The translations under genes were made by a program, and so were the position numbers. This document shows positions 9,572 to 23,689 of a DNA stretch of 59,584 bases, one piece after another. The DNA is from Macrostomum lignano (taxonomy: Eukaryota): positions 1-59,584 of the forward strand of contig NIVC01001417.1 of assembly GCA_002269645.1 (NCBI GenBank), in the 5' to 3' direction. Numbering within the stretch: the stretch's first letter is position 1; every line of letters begins with the position of its first letter. Under the pieces are notes generated by a model. That model was not told the origin of the DNA. It was given only the letters and a program-made list of their open reading frames with translations, and did not search any database.

Positions 9572-10435
9572 TGTAGAGTGTTCTACCTCCCGTTAAAAAA
9601 GGAAAAAAGAAGATAATCGTATAATACTACTATAAGTAAGTAAGTACACGCATGTGCGCCTAAGCTTTGAATGAATCACGCTACCAGAAAAAGATGTTAC
9701 CAGAATAATACGCCATGAGCCATTTTCCCCTTTTAGCGCAACACGTGAATTGTCATGATACTATTTTGGATCAAAAACTTGTCTATAAATACAAGCGATC
9801 TGAAGCGGTACCGGAGCCATTCTCCCCACGGAAGAGGAGCGCTCCGAAGAGGAAGCCTTAGGAGGACTTCCTGATCTACCAAGTCAATCGAGACTCGGTC
9901 GAGTTGTTGCGGTAAGCCTTCCTTATTTGCGCCCGTTGTGTTAGAGACGTCTCGCTCAAGTCTATTGAGACTTGAGTCTAATTGAGTCTGTTGAGACTCT
10001 TGAGTCTGTTTAGACTCCATTGGTTGCAGTCTCCAGAAGGACTGCCCCTGATAGATCTTAGAGGACTATCAGTGGTTTCCGGAGCTATACCTAGAGTGCA
10101 TAGAGGCACTGCTAGAAGAAGGAGGCTTAATTTAGACCGCAGTTTGGCGCAGGGTACCCATTGTTGCTACGAGGCCTCTGATTGGTCCTGACGGAAGATA
10201 CCGGCCGGAAGAACTTATCGGAAGTACAAGAGGAACCAGGACCAGAGCAACTGAAGAATCAAGGCGCCTGATCTACGAGATCTACTGACAAGTTCCTAGC
10301 GAGAACTACTCAAGAAATTCAAATCCGGATTAAAGGTAATTGAATACCTTCGTTTGACTTACTGGGTTGCCTAGCTGTTGAGCTAGAAGTGAGTGTTCTT
10401 TGATTACCAAAAGGCGGGTAATAAGGAACACATCA
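9572..10435 (+). repeat. 3' LTR, 864 bp, TG...CA
   Basis: Starts TGTAGAGTGTTC and ends GAACACATCA; TATAAATA at 9784-9791; repeats 1-709. Confidence 0.93.
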
Positions 10436-10600
10436 TCTGCATCACTCTCTGCATCACTCTCTGCCTCACTCTCTGCATCACTCTCTGCATCACTCTCTGC
10501 ATCACCCTCTGCATCACTCTCTGCATCACTCTCTGCATCACTCTCTGCATCACCATCTGTCTCCCTTTTCCTCACCTTCTGCCTCACCCTCTGCCTCCCC
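10433..10600. repeat. 12-bp minisatellite (GCATCACTCTCT)n directly flanking the 3' LTR
   Basis: Visible tandem copies. Confidence 0.9.
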
Positions 10601-11139
10601 TTTGCCTCACCCTTTGGTTCCAAGACCCAAAATATAATACAACATGCTTCCCGAAAAATTTACCCCCATTTAAACTAGAGGGCAGCTGACCCCCCCCTGC
10701 TTCTCTTTTATCTCTCTCCCCTCTCTCTCTCCTTCATCATCCTACCCCTTACCCCTACCCGTCCTTTGTTACTCCTTCAGCAATTACCTCAGTTCAGCTC
10801 TATGCCTCAGCTTCCTCCATTCAGATAATTTTTAAAGAAGATAATTTCAGCTTTTCAAACTGAAATTAAAGTCATTTCACTACTAGCCATAGCTACTACT
10901 GAAAGTAAGCAAATCGAACTACGCAGTTTTTCTCGACAAAGACTGTCAGAAAGAGTATTAGTACAAAAACGAACTCTAATAATAGATGAGAAAAACAAGA
11001 ATCAAGCGACCGGGGCTTCTTGCACGTGACGAATGAAGTTTGTATTATATAACGACGCAGAAGAGCAAAATATTCATTGGGCTTCCTATAAAATAGTCAT
11101 GAATGTTCGGATTGCAAAAAGCTCTGCCTTTTCTCCTCC

Positions 11140-11650
11140 CATATTACTCTCTCGTTCCCCTCTCGCTCGCCTCTTGTTCCCCTCTCGTTCCCCTCTCGTT
11201 CCCCTCTCGTTCCCCTCTCGTTCCCCTCTTGTTCCCCTCTCGTTCCCCTCTCGTTCCCCTCTCGCTCGCCTCTTGTTCCCCTCTCGTTCCCCTCTCGTTC
11301 CCCTCTCGTTCCCCTCTCGCTCGCCTCTTGTTCCCCTCTCGTTCCCCTCTCGTTCCCCTCTCGTTCCCCTCTCGTTCCCCTCTCGTTCCCCTCTCGTTCC
11401 CCTCTCGTTCCCCTCTCGTTCCCCTTCTTGATCCCCACTCGTTCCCCTCTCGTTCCCCTCTCGCTCCTCTTTCGCTTCCCTCCCGCTCCCCTCTCGCTCC
11501 CCTCTCATTCCCTTCTTGTTCCCCTCCCGTTCCCCTCTCATTCCCCTCCCGTTCCCCTCTCATTCCCCTCTCGTTCCCCTCTCATTCCCCTCCCGTTCCC
11601 CTCTCGCTCCCATCTCGTCCCCCTCTCATTCCCTTCCTGTTCTCCCGTTC
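11140..11650. repeat. Pyrimidine-rich 11-bp repeat (CTCGTTCCCCT)n
   Basis: Visible tandem copies. Confidence 0.9.
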
Positions 11651-11700
11651 CCCCAGCCTGCCTCTCTTTCTCTCCCAGCGGCAAGCCGCAGTTGTCTCAC

Positions 11701-11749
11701 CAGTTTTGGGCTCCAAATCGGCTGGTTTCACCTGCATCGGGCGAGTCAT
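11701..11749 (-). CDS. CELF: CELF/Bruno-family RNA-binding protein, coding exon 3 (49 bp)
   Basis: cag|ATG...MTRPMQVKPADLEPKT-G|gtgaga; matches the CELF MNRPIQVKPAD linker after RRM1. Confidence 0.9.
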
Positions 11750-12294
11750 CTGCGGGCGGAGCAAAGTGGGGATGGTTAATAGAGGGATAAACTGGGAATA
11801 AAATTGAGGGGGGGAATAATTTGGGATTTCAAAGGCAAATTATGCTAGCGCAAGCTGGTGCCCGACTGAAGTCGGTCCTGCAGTAATCAGTGAACACGTT
11901 GCAGCTTGTCGCACCTGATAAGCATACAGCCCCCCAAGGCGGGGCACTTCGCATAATGAAAGCTCAAAGGGAATTTTATCCCATCTGTTTTTGGGATTAG
12001 CTTTTATTCGAAATTAAGATAAAAAACAGCCAGCTGCGAAGATGATCAACTTGAAATTCGCGTCAAAGGAGACGGGCGAAAGAGGCGGCTGGTCGGCTTT
12101 AATTATTTTATGCCCCCCCGTGTCTTCACGGCTGTCGTAGCGAGCAAAAGATGAGATGGTCTTTTATTAATCCGTTATCGATCTCACTCGGAAATTAGAT
12201 TTCAGTGTGCGATAGCGATAAATAAAATTTGATAGAGATTGATGCAAATTAATTAAGATTGGTTGAGACTGATAAAAAATTGATTGCGATCGAT

Positions 12295-13800
12295 CGAGAT
12301 TGATAAACATTGATAGACATTGATAGAAACTGATAGACATTGATAGAAATTGATAGACATTGATAGAAATTGATAGACATTGATAGACATTGATAGACAT
12401 TGATAGACATTGATAGAAATTGATAGACATTGATAGACATTGATAGACATTGATAGAAATTGATAGACATTGATAGAAATTGATAGACATTGATAGAAAT
12501 TGATAGACATTGATAGACATTGATAGAAATTGATAGAAATTGATAGACATTGATAGACATTGATAGACATTGATAGACATTGATAGACATTGATAGACAT
12601 TGATAGACATTGATAGACATTGATAAAAATTGATAGACATTGATAGAGATTGATAGAAATTGGTTGAGATTGATAGAGATTGATAGAGATTGATGGAGAT
12701 TGATAGTCATTGGTAGAGATTGATAGAGATTGATAGTCATTGGTAGAGATTGATGGAGATTGATAGAGATTGATGGAGATTGATAGTCATTGGTAGAGAT
12801 TGATAGAGATTGATAGTCATTGGTACAGATTGGTAGAGATTGATATAGATTGATAGAGATTGATGGAGATTGATAGTCATTGGTAGAGATTGCTATATAT
12901 TGATAGAGATTGATGGAAATTGATAGTCATTGGTAGAGATTGCTATATATTGATAGAGATTGATGAAGACTGATAGTCATTGGTAGAGATTGATATAGAT
13001 TGATAGAGATTGATGGAGATTGATAGAGATTGATAGAGATGGATTGAAATTGATAGAGATTGATAGAGATTGATAGAGATTGATGGATATTGATAGTCAT
13101 TGTTAGAGATTGATATAGATTGATAGAGATTGATGGAGATTGATAGTCATTGGTAGAGATTGATAGAGATTGATAGTCATTGGTACAGATTGGTAGAGAT
13201 TGATATAGATTGATAGAGATTGATGGAGATTGATAGTCATTGGTAGAGATTGCTATATATTGATAGAGATTGATGGAGACTGATAGTCATTGGTAGAGAT
13301 TGATATAGATTGATAGAGATTGATGGAGATTGATAGAGATTGATAGAGATGGATTGAAATTGATAGAGATTGATAGAGATTGATAGAGATTGATGGAGAT
13401 TGATAGTCATTGTTAGAGATTGATATAGATTGATAGAGATTGATGGAGATTGATAGTCATTGATAGAGATTGATAGACATTGATAGAAATTGGTAGAGAT
13501 TGATAGAGATTGATAGAGATTGGTTGAGATTGATAGAGATTGATAGAGATTGATAGAGATTGGTTGAGATTGATAGAGATTGATAGAGATTGATAGAGAT
13601 TGATAGTGATTGGTAGAGATTGATAGAGATTGATAGAGATTGATAGAGATTGAAAGAGATTGATAGAGATTGATAGAGATTGATAGTGATTGATAGAGAT
13701 TGATAGAGATTGATAGAGATTGATAGAGATTGATAGTGATTGATAGAGATTGATAGAGATTGATAGTGATTGGTAGAGATTGATAGAGATTGATAGAGAT
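12295..13800. repeat. 10-bp minisatellite (TGATAGACAT / TGATAGAGAT)n in CELF intron 2
   Basis: Visible tandem copies with variant blocks. Confidence 0.95.
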
Positions 13801-13843
13801 TGACAGTCAAGATGGGCAGCTGCAGGTAGTCAACTCCACTCAC

Positions 13844-13926
13844 CCCCGGCAGGGTGCACTGGTCGTGCAGCACCGACTGACAGCGGATAGCGCTGTCCTT
13901 CTGGGCGAACGTCAGGAATGCGCAGC
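13844..13926 (-). CDS. CELF: CELF coding exon 2 (83 bp, RRM1 RNP1)
   Basis: cag|GC TGC...GCAFLTFAQKDSAIRCQSVLHDQCTLPG|gtgagt; phase matches exons 1 and 3. Confidence 0.92.
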
Positions 13927-13959
13927 CTGCGGGCGGATCGGAGCGGCATAAATTTCTTG

Positions 13960-15220
13960 CACACCCCTGCCTGCCCCTCTTGCACACACCTGCCTGCCCT
14001 CTTGCACACCCCTGCCTACCCTTTTGCACACCCCTGCCTGCCCCTCTTGCACACCCCTGCCTGCCCTCTTGCACACCCCTGCCTGCCCTTTTGCACACAC
14101 CTGCCTGCCCTTTTGCACACACCTGCCTGCCCTTTTGCACACCCCTGCCTACCCGTCTTGCACACCCCTGCCTACCCTTTTGCACACCCCTGCCTGCCCC
14201 TCTTGCACACCCCTGCCTGCCCTCTTGCATATCCCTGCCTGCCCTCTTGCACACCCTGCCTACCCTTTTGCACACCCCTGCCTACCCCTCTTGCACACCC
14301 CTGCCTGCCATCTTGCACATCCCTGCCTACCCTCTTGCACACCCCTGCCTGCCCCTCTTGCACACCCCTGCCTGCCCTCTTGCACATCCCTGCCTACCCT
14401 CTTGCACACCCCTGCCTGCCCCTCTTGCACACCCCTGCCTGCCCCTCTTGCACACCCCTGCCTGCCCCTCTTGCACATCCCTGCCTACCCTTTTGCACAC
14501 CCCTGCCTGTCCTCTTGCACACCCCTGCCTGCCCCTCTTGCACACCCCTGCCTGCCCCTCTTGCACACCCCTGCCTGCCCCTCTTGCACACCCCTGCCTG
14601 CCCTCTTGCACACCCCTGCCTGCTGCCCTCTTGCACACCCCTGCCTACCCTTTTGCACACCCCTGCCTGTCCTCTTGCACACCCCTGCCTGCCTTCTTGC
14701 ACACCCCTGCCTGCCCTCTTGCACATCCCTGCCTGCCCCTCTTGCACACCCCTGCCTACCCTCTTGCACAACCCTGCCTACCCCTCTTGCACACCCCTGC
14801 CTGCCCTTTTGCACACCCCTGCCTGCCCTCTTGCACATCCCTGCCTGCCCCTCTTGCACACCCCTGCCTACCCTTTTGCACACCCCTGCCTGTCCTCTTG
14901 CACATCCCTGACTGCCCCTCTTGCACACCCCTGCCTGCCCTCTTGCACATCCCTGACTGCCCCTTTTGCACACCCCTGCCTACCCTCTTGCACAGCCCTG
15001 CCTACCCCTCTTGCACACCCCTGCCTGCTGCCCTCTTGCACACCCCTGCCTGCATTCTTGCACACCCCTGCCTGCCCCTCTTGCACACCCCTGCCTGCCC
15101 TCTTGCACACCCCTGCCTGCCCCTCTTGCACACCCCTGCCTGCCCTCTTGCACACCCCTGCCTGCCCTTTTGCACACCCCTGCCTGCCCTTTTGCACACC
15201 CCTGCCTACCCTCTTGCACA
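13960..15220. repeat. 22/23-bp minisatellite (TTGCACACCCCTGCCTGCCCTC)n
   Basis: Visible tandem copies. Confidence 0.95.
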
Positions 15221-15324
15221 CCTGTGGAGATCTACCTGGTTCCAGAATGTTTCGGAGCGAGTTAATAAAGCTCATGTTTTATTAAAAATTGAATATTATC
15301 GACTAACAATTGAATTGTAGAGGT

Positions 15325-15490
15325 TTGCCATCCCGCAGCGGGATTAACGTAGGGAGCCTCCAGGAGCGGGGATCGAGTCCCACGCGCCGACTCTCCCACC
15401 TGAATAGCCTATGTGGGACAGCGGAAATGGCCTCTTAATTAAAATCCCGCCCCAACTCTGTCACCTCCGCGCAAAATTAATAAAGCAAGC
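15325..15490 (+). mobile_element. Possible tRNA-derived SINE
   Basis: B-box-like GGATCGAGTCCC about 40 nt after a weak A-box-like GCAGCGG, with an AATAAAG-type tail; no TSD confirmed. Confidence 0.3.
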
Positions 15491-15884
15491 TTGATGAGGC
15501 TCAGCGGAGGCTGGGGGCGGAAAAGGGAGTTGGAGCGCTTTTTTGACTGGAGCGGGAGGGGCTGTTATTTCCCTTTAATTCCCTCCGGATTTGGCATTCA
15601 ACACGTGCCTCACGGATGCTGCGCGAAATGAGTAGCCTAAAATCCCCGCCCAATTCGAATCCCTCCCAGGAAGATGTCTCGTGTTTCTCCCTTGCCTCTG
15701 CCAGCCTCGGCACGGGGGCCCGCATCCGATGCAGCTCTCGAGCCCCCCTGCCCTCTGCCACCAGACGATTGCGCACCTGGGCCCCCGCTCCGTTCTCAGG
15801 AAAATTGGCCATTAAGTTTCTTTTGAAACTGTGTTGGAGAAAGCAGATCAGTTGCTGCTTCTGCCTTGCTGCTGCATAAAAGCC

Positions 15885-16200
15885 GTCCTCCCGTCACCCG
15901 CCCTCAGCTCCTCCCGTCACCCGCCCTCAGCTCCTCCCGTCATCCGCCCTAAGCTCCTCCCGTCACCCTCCCTCAGCTCCTCCCGTCACCCGCCCTCAGC
16001 TCCTCCCGTCACCCGCCCTCAGCTCCTCCCGTCACCCGCCCTCAGCTCCTCTCGTCACCCGCCCTCAGCTCCTCCCGTCATCCGCCCTCAGCTCCTCCCG
16101 TCACCCGCCCTCAGCTCCTCCCGTCACCCGCCCTCAGCTCCTCCCGTCACCCACCCTCAGCTCCTCCCGTCACCCGCCCTCAGCTCCACCCATCACCAGC
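15885..16200. repeat. 23-bp repeat (CCGTCACCCGCCCTCAGCTCCTC)n
   Basis: Visible tandem copies. Confidence 0.9.
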
Positions 16201-16839
16201 CACCTGTCCTCTCCCCCCTCCCTCACCTGTCTCACACCCCTTTTCATGCCAATATACCCTCCCACGACATACTGCAGCAGCCCTGTATACCAAACACGCT
16301 TACTCTTCCTATATCATTCAAAGCTGATGCAGTGGAGAGACTGGGGAAGGAATGAAGATCCTAAGTGCCTCTGTAATAACTAAAGGTTTCCTCACGGGAC
16401 ATGCGTGCGAGCAGAGGAGCAGAGGGTCCGGTCAGGAAGATTTGAGTAGAGATCCGATTCGGGGTCAAGGGCGAGAGCTGTGTAAAAAACTGCATGGAGC
16501 CCCAGAGATTATCCACTAAATTTATTGTATTAAAAGTCCTCGCGATCCCCTTTTAAAAACTCTTTCATAAATAGGCAGCCCCCACCCAGTCGTGCATTCA
16601 ATTTCTCCCTTTTTCTCCCTTTGTATCTACCCGAAACGTTTCTGGGGATTTGGAGCGAAACTGCATGCAAGACAATACAGCGGCTGAATCAGGACTTCAG
16701 TCTGCTGCAGTCACGGATGCGAGTTGCCGACCAAGCTGGGGACTCTGACTTTCATCCTCAAATCCCAAGGCCGTGCTCCTAGCATGCTCGCCCAAAAACC
16801 CATCATTTACAGCTGCTGACTCAGTCCGCCTCTCATCAC

Positions 16840-19800
16840 ATCTCTCACCCTACCTCACCGAATCACGCTACCGCTCTCACCCTACCTCACTGCGTCACTA
16901 CTCTACCGCTCTCACCCTACCTCACCGAATCACGCTACCGCTCTCACCCTACCTCACCAAATTACGCTACCGCTCTTACCCTACCTCACCGAATCACGCT
17001 ACCGCTCTCACCCTACCTCAACAAATTACGCTACCGCTCTTACCCTACCTCACCGAATCACGCTACCGCTCTCACCCTACCTCACCAAATTACGCTACCG
17101 CTCTTACCCTACCTCACCGAATCACGCTACCGCTCTTACCCTACCTCACCGAATCACGCTACCGCTCTCACCCTACCTCACTGCGTCACTCTACCGCTCT
17201 CACCCTACCTCACTGCGTCACGCCATCGCTCTCACCCTACCTCACCGAATCACGCTATCGCTCTCACCCTACCTCACTGCGTCACTACTCTACCGCTCTC
17301 ACCCTACCTCACCGAATCACGCTACCGCTCTCACCCTACCTCACCAAATTACGCTACCGCTCTTACCCTACCTCACCAAATCGCGCTACCGCTCTCACCC
17401 TACCTCACCAAATTACGCTACCGCTCTTACCCTACCTCACCGAATCACGCTACCGCTCTCACCCTACCTCACCGAATCACGCTACCGCTCTCACCCTACC
17501 TCACTGCGTCACTCTACCGCTCTCACCCTACCTCACTGCGTCACGCCACCGCTCTCACCCTACCTCACCGAATCACGCTATCGCTCTCACCCTACCTCAC
17601 CAAATTACGCTACCGCTCTTACCCTACCTCACCGAATCACGCTACCGCTCTCACCCTACCTCACCGAATCACGCTACCGCTCTCACCCTACCTCACTGCG
17701 TCACTACTCTACCGCTCTCACCCTACCTCACCGAATCACGCTACCGCTCTCACCCTACCTCACCAAATTACGCTACCGCTCTTACCCTACCTCACCGAAT
17801 CACGCTACCGCTCTCACCCTACCTCACCAAATTACGCTACCGCTCTTACCCTACCTCACCGAATCACGCTACCGCTCTTACCCTACCTCACCGAATCACG
17901 CTACCGCTCTCACCCTACCTCACTGCGTCACTCTATCGCTCTCACCCTACCTCACCGAATCACGCTACCGCTCTTACCCTACCTCACCTAATCACGCTAC
18001 CGCTCTCACCCTACCTCACCGAATCACGCTACCGCTCTTACCCTACCTCACCGAATCACGCTACCGCTCTCACCCTACCTCACCAAATCACGCTACCGCT
18101 CTTACCCTACCTCACCGAATCACGCTACCGCTCTCACCCTACCTCACCGAATCACGCCACCGCTCTCACCCTACCTCACCGAATCACGCTACCGCTCTCA
18201 CCCTACCTCACCGAATCACGCTACCGCTCTCACCCTACCTCACTGCGTCACTCTACCACTCTCACCCTACCTCACTGCGTCACGCCATCGCTCTCACCCT
18301 ACCTCACCGAATCACGCTATCGCTCTCACCCTACCTCACTGCGTCACTACTCTACCGCTCTCACCCTACCTCACCGAATCACGCTACCGCTCTCACCCTA
18401 CCTCACCAAATTACGCTACCGCTCTTACCCTACCTCACCAAATCGCGCTACCGCTCTCACCCTACCTCACCAAATTACGCTACCGCTCTCACCCTACCTC
18501 ACCGAATCACGCTACCGCTCTCACCCTACCTCACTGCGTCACTCTACCGCTCTCACCCTACCTCACCGAATCACGCTACCGCTCTTTCCCTACCTCACCG
18601 AATCACGCTACCGCTCTCACCCTACCTCACCAAATCACGCTACCGCTCTTACCCTACCTCACCGAATCACGCAACCGCTGTCACCCTACCTCACCGAATC
18701 ACGCTATCGCTCTCACCCTACCTCACCGAATCACGCTACCGCTCTCACCCTACCTCACCAAATCACGCTACCGCTCTCACTCTACCTCACCGAATCACGC
18801 TACCGCTCTCACCCTACCTCACCGAATCACGCTACCGCTCTCACCTTACCTCACCGAATCACGCTACCGCTCTCACCCTACCTCACCGAATCACGCTACC
18901 GCTCTCACCCTACCTCACCGAATCACGCCACCGCTCTCACCCTACCTCACCGAATCACGCTACCGCTCTTACCCTACCTCACCGAATCACGCTACCGCTC
19001 TCACCCTACCTCACCAAATCACGCTACCGCTCTTACCCTACCTCACCGAATCACGCAACCGCTGTCACCCTACCTCACCGAATCACGCGACCGCTCTCAC
19101 CCTACCTCACCGAATCACGCTACCGCTCTTACCCTACCTCACCTAATCACGCTACCGCTCTCACCCTACCTCACCGAATCACGCTACCGCTCTCACTCTA
19201 CCTCACCGAATCACGCTACCGCTCTCACCCTACCTCACCGAATCACGCTACCGCTCTCACCCTACCTCACCAAATCACGCTACCGCTCTCACTCTACCTC
19301 ACCGAATCACGCTACCGCTCTCACCCTACCTCACCGAATCACGCCACCGCTCTCACCCTACCTCACCGAATCACGCTATCGCTCTCACCCTACCTCACCA
19401 AATCACGCTACCGCTCTCACCCTACCTCATTGCATCACTCTACCACTCTCACCCTACCTCACTGCGTCACTCTACCACTCTCACCCTACCTCACTGCGTC
19501 ACGCCATCGCTCTCACCCTACCTCACCGAATCACGCTATCGCTCTCACCCTACCTCACTGCGTCACTACTCTACCGCTCTCACCCTACCTCACCGAATCA
19601 CGCTACCGCTCTCACCCTACCTCACCAAATTACGCTACCGCTCTTACCCTACCTCACCAAATCGCGCTACCGCTCTCACCCTACCTCACCAAATTACGCT
19701 ACCGCTCTCACCCTACCTCACCGAATCACGCTACCGCTCTCACCCTACCTCACTGCGTCACTCTACCGCTCTCACCCTACCTCACCGAATCACGCTACCG

Positions 19801-20770
19801 CTCTTTCCCTACCTCACCGAATCACGCTACCGCTCTCACCCTACCTCACCAAATCACGCTACCGCTCTTACCCTACCTCACCGAATCACGCAACCGCTGT
19901 CACCCTACCTCACCGAATCACGCTATCGCTCTCACCCTACCTCACCGAATCACGCTACCGCTCTTACCCTACCTCACCTAATCACGCTACCGCTCTCACC
20001 CTACCTCACCAAATCACGCTACCGCTCTCACTCTACCTCACCGAATCACGCTACCGCTCTCACCCTACCTCACCGAATCACGCTACCGCTCTCACCTTAC
20101 CTCACCGAATCACGCTACCGCTCTCACCCTACCTCACCGAATCACGCTACCGCTCTCACCCTACCTCACCGAATCACGCCACCGCTCTCACCCTACCTCA
20201 CCGAATCACGCTACCGCTCTTACCCTACCTCACCGAATCACGCTACCGCTCTCACCCTACCTCACCAAATCACGCTACCGCTCTTACCCTACCTCACCGA
20301 ATCACGCAACCGCTGTCACCCTACCTCACCGAATCACGCGACCGCTCTCACCCTACCTCACCGAATCACGCTACCGCTCTTACCCTACCTCACCTAATCA
20401 CGCTACCGCTCTCACCCTACCTCACCGAATCACGCTACCGCTCTCACTCTACCTCACCGAATCACGCTACCGCTCTCACCCTACCTCACCGAATCACGCT
20501 ACCGCTCTCACCCTACCTCACCAAATCACGCTACCGCTCTCACTCTACCTCACCGAATCACGCTACCGCTCTCACCCTACCTCACCGAATCACGCCACCG
20601 CTCTCACCCTACCTCACCGAATCACGCTATCGCTCTCACCCTACCTCACCAAATCACGCTACCGCTCTCACCCTACCTCATTGCATCACTCTACCACTCT
20701 CACCCTACCTCACTGCGTCACTCTACCACTCTCACCCTACCTCACTGCGTCACTCTACCACTCTCACCCT
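16840..20770. repeat. 32-bp minisatellite (CTCTCACCCTACCTCACCGAATCACGCTACCG)n with higher-order duplication
   Basis: The 32-aa period in translation equals 3 x 32 nt; identical variant blocks at 19430 and 20681. Confidence 0.95.
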
Positions 20771-20891
20771 ACCACTCAAACTATACGTTTCCTATTTCTT
20801 CACTTTACTCCTCATACTCTGCCTAGCTCCGAAATTTTATCCTTCTCATTCTACATCAATCTTTACACAGCATCCGACAGCATCGCCTCAC

Positions 20892-21075
20892 CCTTGTGTA
20901 CTCCAGTCAGGCGGTCTCTGAGCACTGTCAGGTCCAGAATCTGTCCAAACTTCTCAAACATCGGGCGCAGCGACTCGGCGTCCATGCTGCGGGGTATCTG
21001 GCCAACGAAAAGCTTCATCAGCCTGGCAGGAGGCTGGGCCGGCACGAGCTCTTGGTTGTGACAGCTTGACAGCAT
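20892..21075 (-). CDS. CELF: CELF coding exon 1 (RRM1 N-terminal half)
   Basis: MLSS...[43 protein letters not shown]|gtgagg (RNP2 LFVGQI). Confidence 0.92.
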
Positions 21076-21207
21076 TGTGACTTGGGTAAAAAGACTCGAC
21101 TGTCTGCCTCTGTCTCAGTCACTGAGGACTCATCAGAAAATTTGATACTCCAGTCTGAGAGGCAACATTTCTTGAGGAGAGCGGATGTTCCACAGCAGAG
21201 GAACTCG

Positions 21208-21229
21208 ATTGGGCCACCGCCGCGATTGG
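21208..21229 (-). promoter_or_regulatory. Pair of CCAAT boxes upstream of CELF
   Basis: ATTGG at 21208-21212 and 21225-21229, about 140 nt upstream of the ATG. Confidence 0.4.
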
Positions 21230-21364
21230 CTCGCAGTTTCTGCTTCTAAAAGGCTCAAGCAAATCGTTGGCAGTTCATCTTTTTATATTGCAAAGGTGAA
21301 GCTATCTTTTCATTAGAGAAGTCAAATGGCAGCCTCTTGCTGCTGAAGAGCAGAGAAGAAAGGA

Positions 21365-22250
21365 GACTTGAAGGGTGGGAGAAGAAGGGGTTTGAAGGGT
21401 GAAGGGAGAGAAGAAGGGAGGCTTGAAGGGTAGAGAAGAAGCGAAGCTTGAAGGGTAGAGAAGAAGGGAGGCTTGAAGGGTAGAGAAGAAGGGAGGCTTG
21501 AAGCGTGAAGAAGAAGGGAGGCTTGAAGGGTAGAGAAGAAGCGAAGCTTGAAGGGTAGAGAAGAAGGGAGGCTTGAAGGGTAGAGAAGAAGGGAGGCTTG
21601 AAGCGTGAAGAAGAAGGGAGGCTTGAAAGGTAGAGAAGAAGCGAGGCTTGAAAGGTAGAGAAGAAGGGAGGCTTGAAGGGTAGAGAAGAAGCGAAGCTTG
21701 AAGGGTAGAGAAGAAGCGAGGCTTGAAAGGTAGAGAAGAAGGGAGGCTTGAAGGGTAGAGAAGAAGCGAAGCTTGAAGGGTAGAGAAGAAGGGAGGCTTG
21801 AAAGGTAGAGAAGAAGGGAGGCTTGAAGGGTAGAGAAGAAGCGAAGCTTGAAGGGTAGAGAAGAAGCGAAGCTTGAAGGGTAGAGAAGAAGCGAAGCTTG
21901 AAGGGTAGAGAAGAAGCGAAGCTTGAAGGGTAGAGAAGAAGGGAGGCTTGAAGGGTAGAGAAGAAGCGAGGCTTGAAAGGTAGAGAAGAAGGGAGGCTTG
22001 AAGGGTAGAGAAGAAGGGAGGCTTGAAGGGTAGAGAAGAAGGGAGGCTTGAAGCGTGAAGAAGAAGGGAGGCTTGAAGTGTAGAGAAGAAGGGAGGCTTG
22101 AAGCGTGAAGAAGAAGGGAGGCTTGAATGGTAGAGAAGAAGGGAGGCTTGAAGGGTAGAGAAGAAGGGAGGCTTGAAGGGTAGAGAAGAAGGGAGGCTTG
22201 AAGCGTGGAGAAGAAGGGAGGGTTGAAGAGTAGAGAAGAAGGGAGGGTGG
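21365..22250. repeat. 25-bp purine-rich minisatellite (GAAGGGTAGAGAAGAAGGGAGGCTT)n
   Basis: Visible tandem copies. Confidence 0.95.
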
Positions 22251-22697
22251 GCGGATAAATCCACAGGGTGCAAGGCGGAGTTCATATATTACAGAGAGGC
22301 ATTACAATTCAAGATTCAAGTAATTAACGAGTCCCAAAACAGGTGAATTCGCGGCACAGCAGAGCAACCCGAGACGGAGAAGCCAACCTTCCGTTCTTCC
22401 GTGACAGAAATCCCGGCCTGCGAGGCTGAACTTCCTGCCGCTTCAAGCAGTCCCGTTTCCCTCTCACTCTCTCCCTCACTCACTCACTGCCGCTTACGGC
22501 GGCTCGTTGTGTCAAAGCGCGTTTTGATTTCAATGAGCTCAGAAACAAAGAGACAGGTTGTAGCGAGCTGCAGAATCAGAGCTGGCCCGTGCTGAGACTG
22601 CGGCTGTCTCCTGACCACATCCTTCTCAGGGCGTTCCACTGCTTGCATTGCAAACAGCTTTTCCTGCTCAAGGCTGGGCGATTCGTTACTGCAGCTC

Positions 22698-23288
<591 letters not shown>

Positions 23289-23689
23289 CCTCTGCAGCCC
23301 GAAAAACGGACAATGTGCCTCACCCGGAAACCATGCCGAAATCGCCGAAGCCCAGGAGAGGCTGCTGGCCCAGATGGGAGCTCATTTACCCCCCGCAGGC
23401 TTCAGGCCATCTCAGCCGCCTCTCCCAGGCAATTCGCGCCCACTTGAAGCCACGTGGCTGCAGCTGCAGCTGCCATGAGGAATCCAATCTCCACATGCCA
23501 CAGGTGCAACTCGGGTCAGAATTAATTCCTAATAATTTCACAGCACAGCAGCGCCAGCAGCATTCTCGCCAAGGTCTGACATCCTCTGCCTCAACGTGGC
23601 GTTTACAGCCCCGCAGCGCGTTAGTTCTGCGGGTCTTTTGCACGTCTAACTCCCGCTTTCAATCTGCTAAACCCAATTACACCAATGCC

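Larger units (their letters stand above)
1..10435 (+). mobile_element. Ty3/Gypsy (Metaviridae) LTR retrotransposon with envelope gene placed between gag and pol; 5' end truncated by window
   Basis: Direct repeats 1-709 and 9725-10435; PBS at 712; PPT at 9557; CCHC gag, DSG protease, YVDD RT, RNase H and integrase in PR-RT-RH-IN (gypsy) order. Confidence 0.97.

Noticed and set aside
11033-13500. ORFs from the 11-bp and 10-bp arrays
   Set aside because: Repeat translations within CELF introns
13457-15320. Many overlapping Cys/His/Pro-rich ORFs resembling metallothionein or keratin-associated proteins
   Set aside because: All frames of a 22/23-bp intronic repeat; only 13844-13926 is a real exon
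15330-15390. tRNA gene
   Set aside because: Only a B-box-like motif; no convincing cloverleaf, so kept as a low-confidence SINE at most
16773-20921. 1382-aa ORF
   Set aside because: It is the translation of the 32-bp minisatellite. It starts at GTG, has no domain, and overlaps CELF exon 1 and intron 1 antisense
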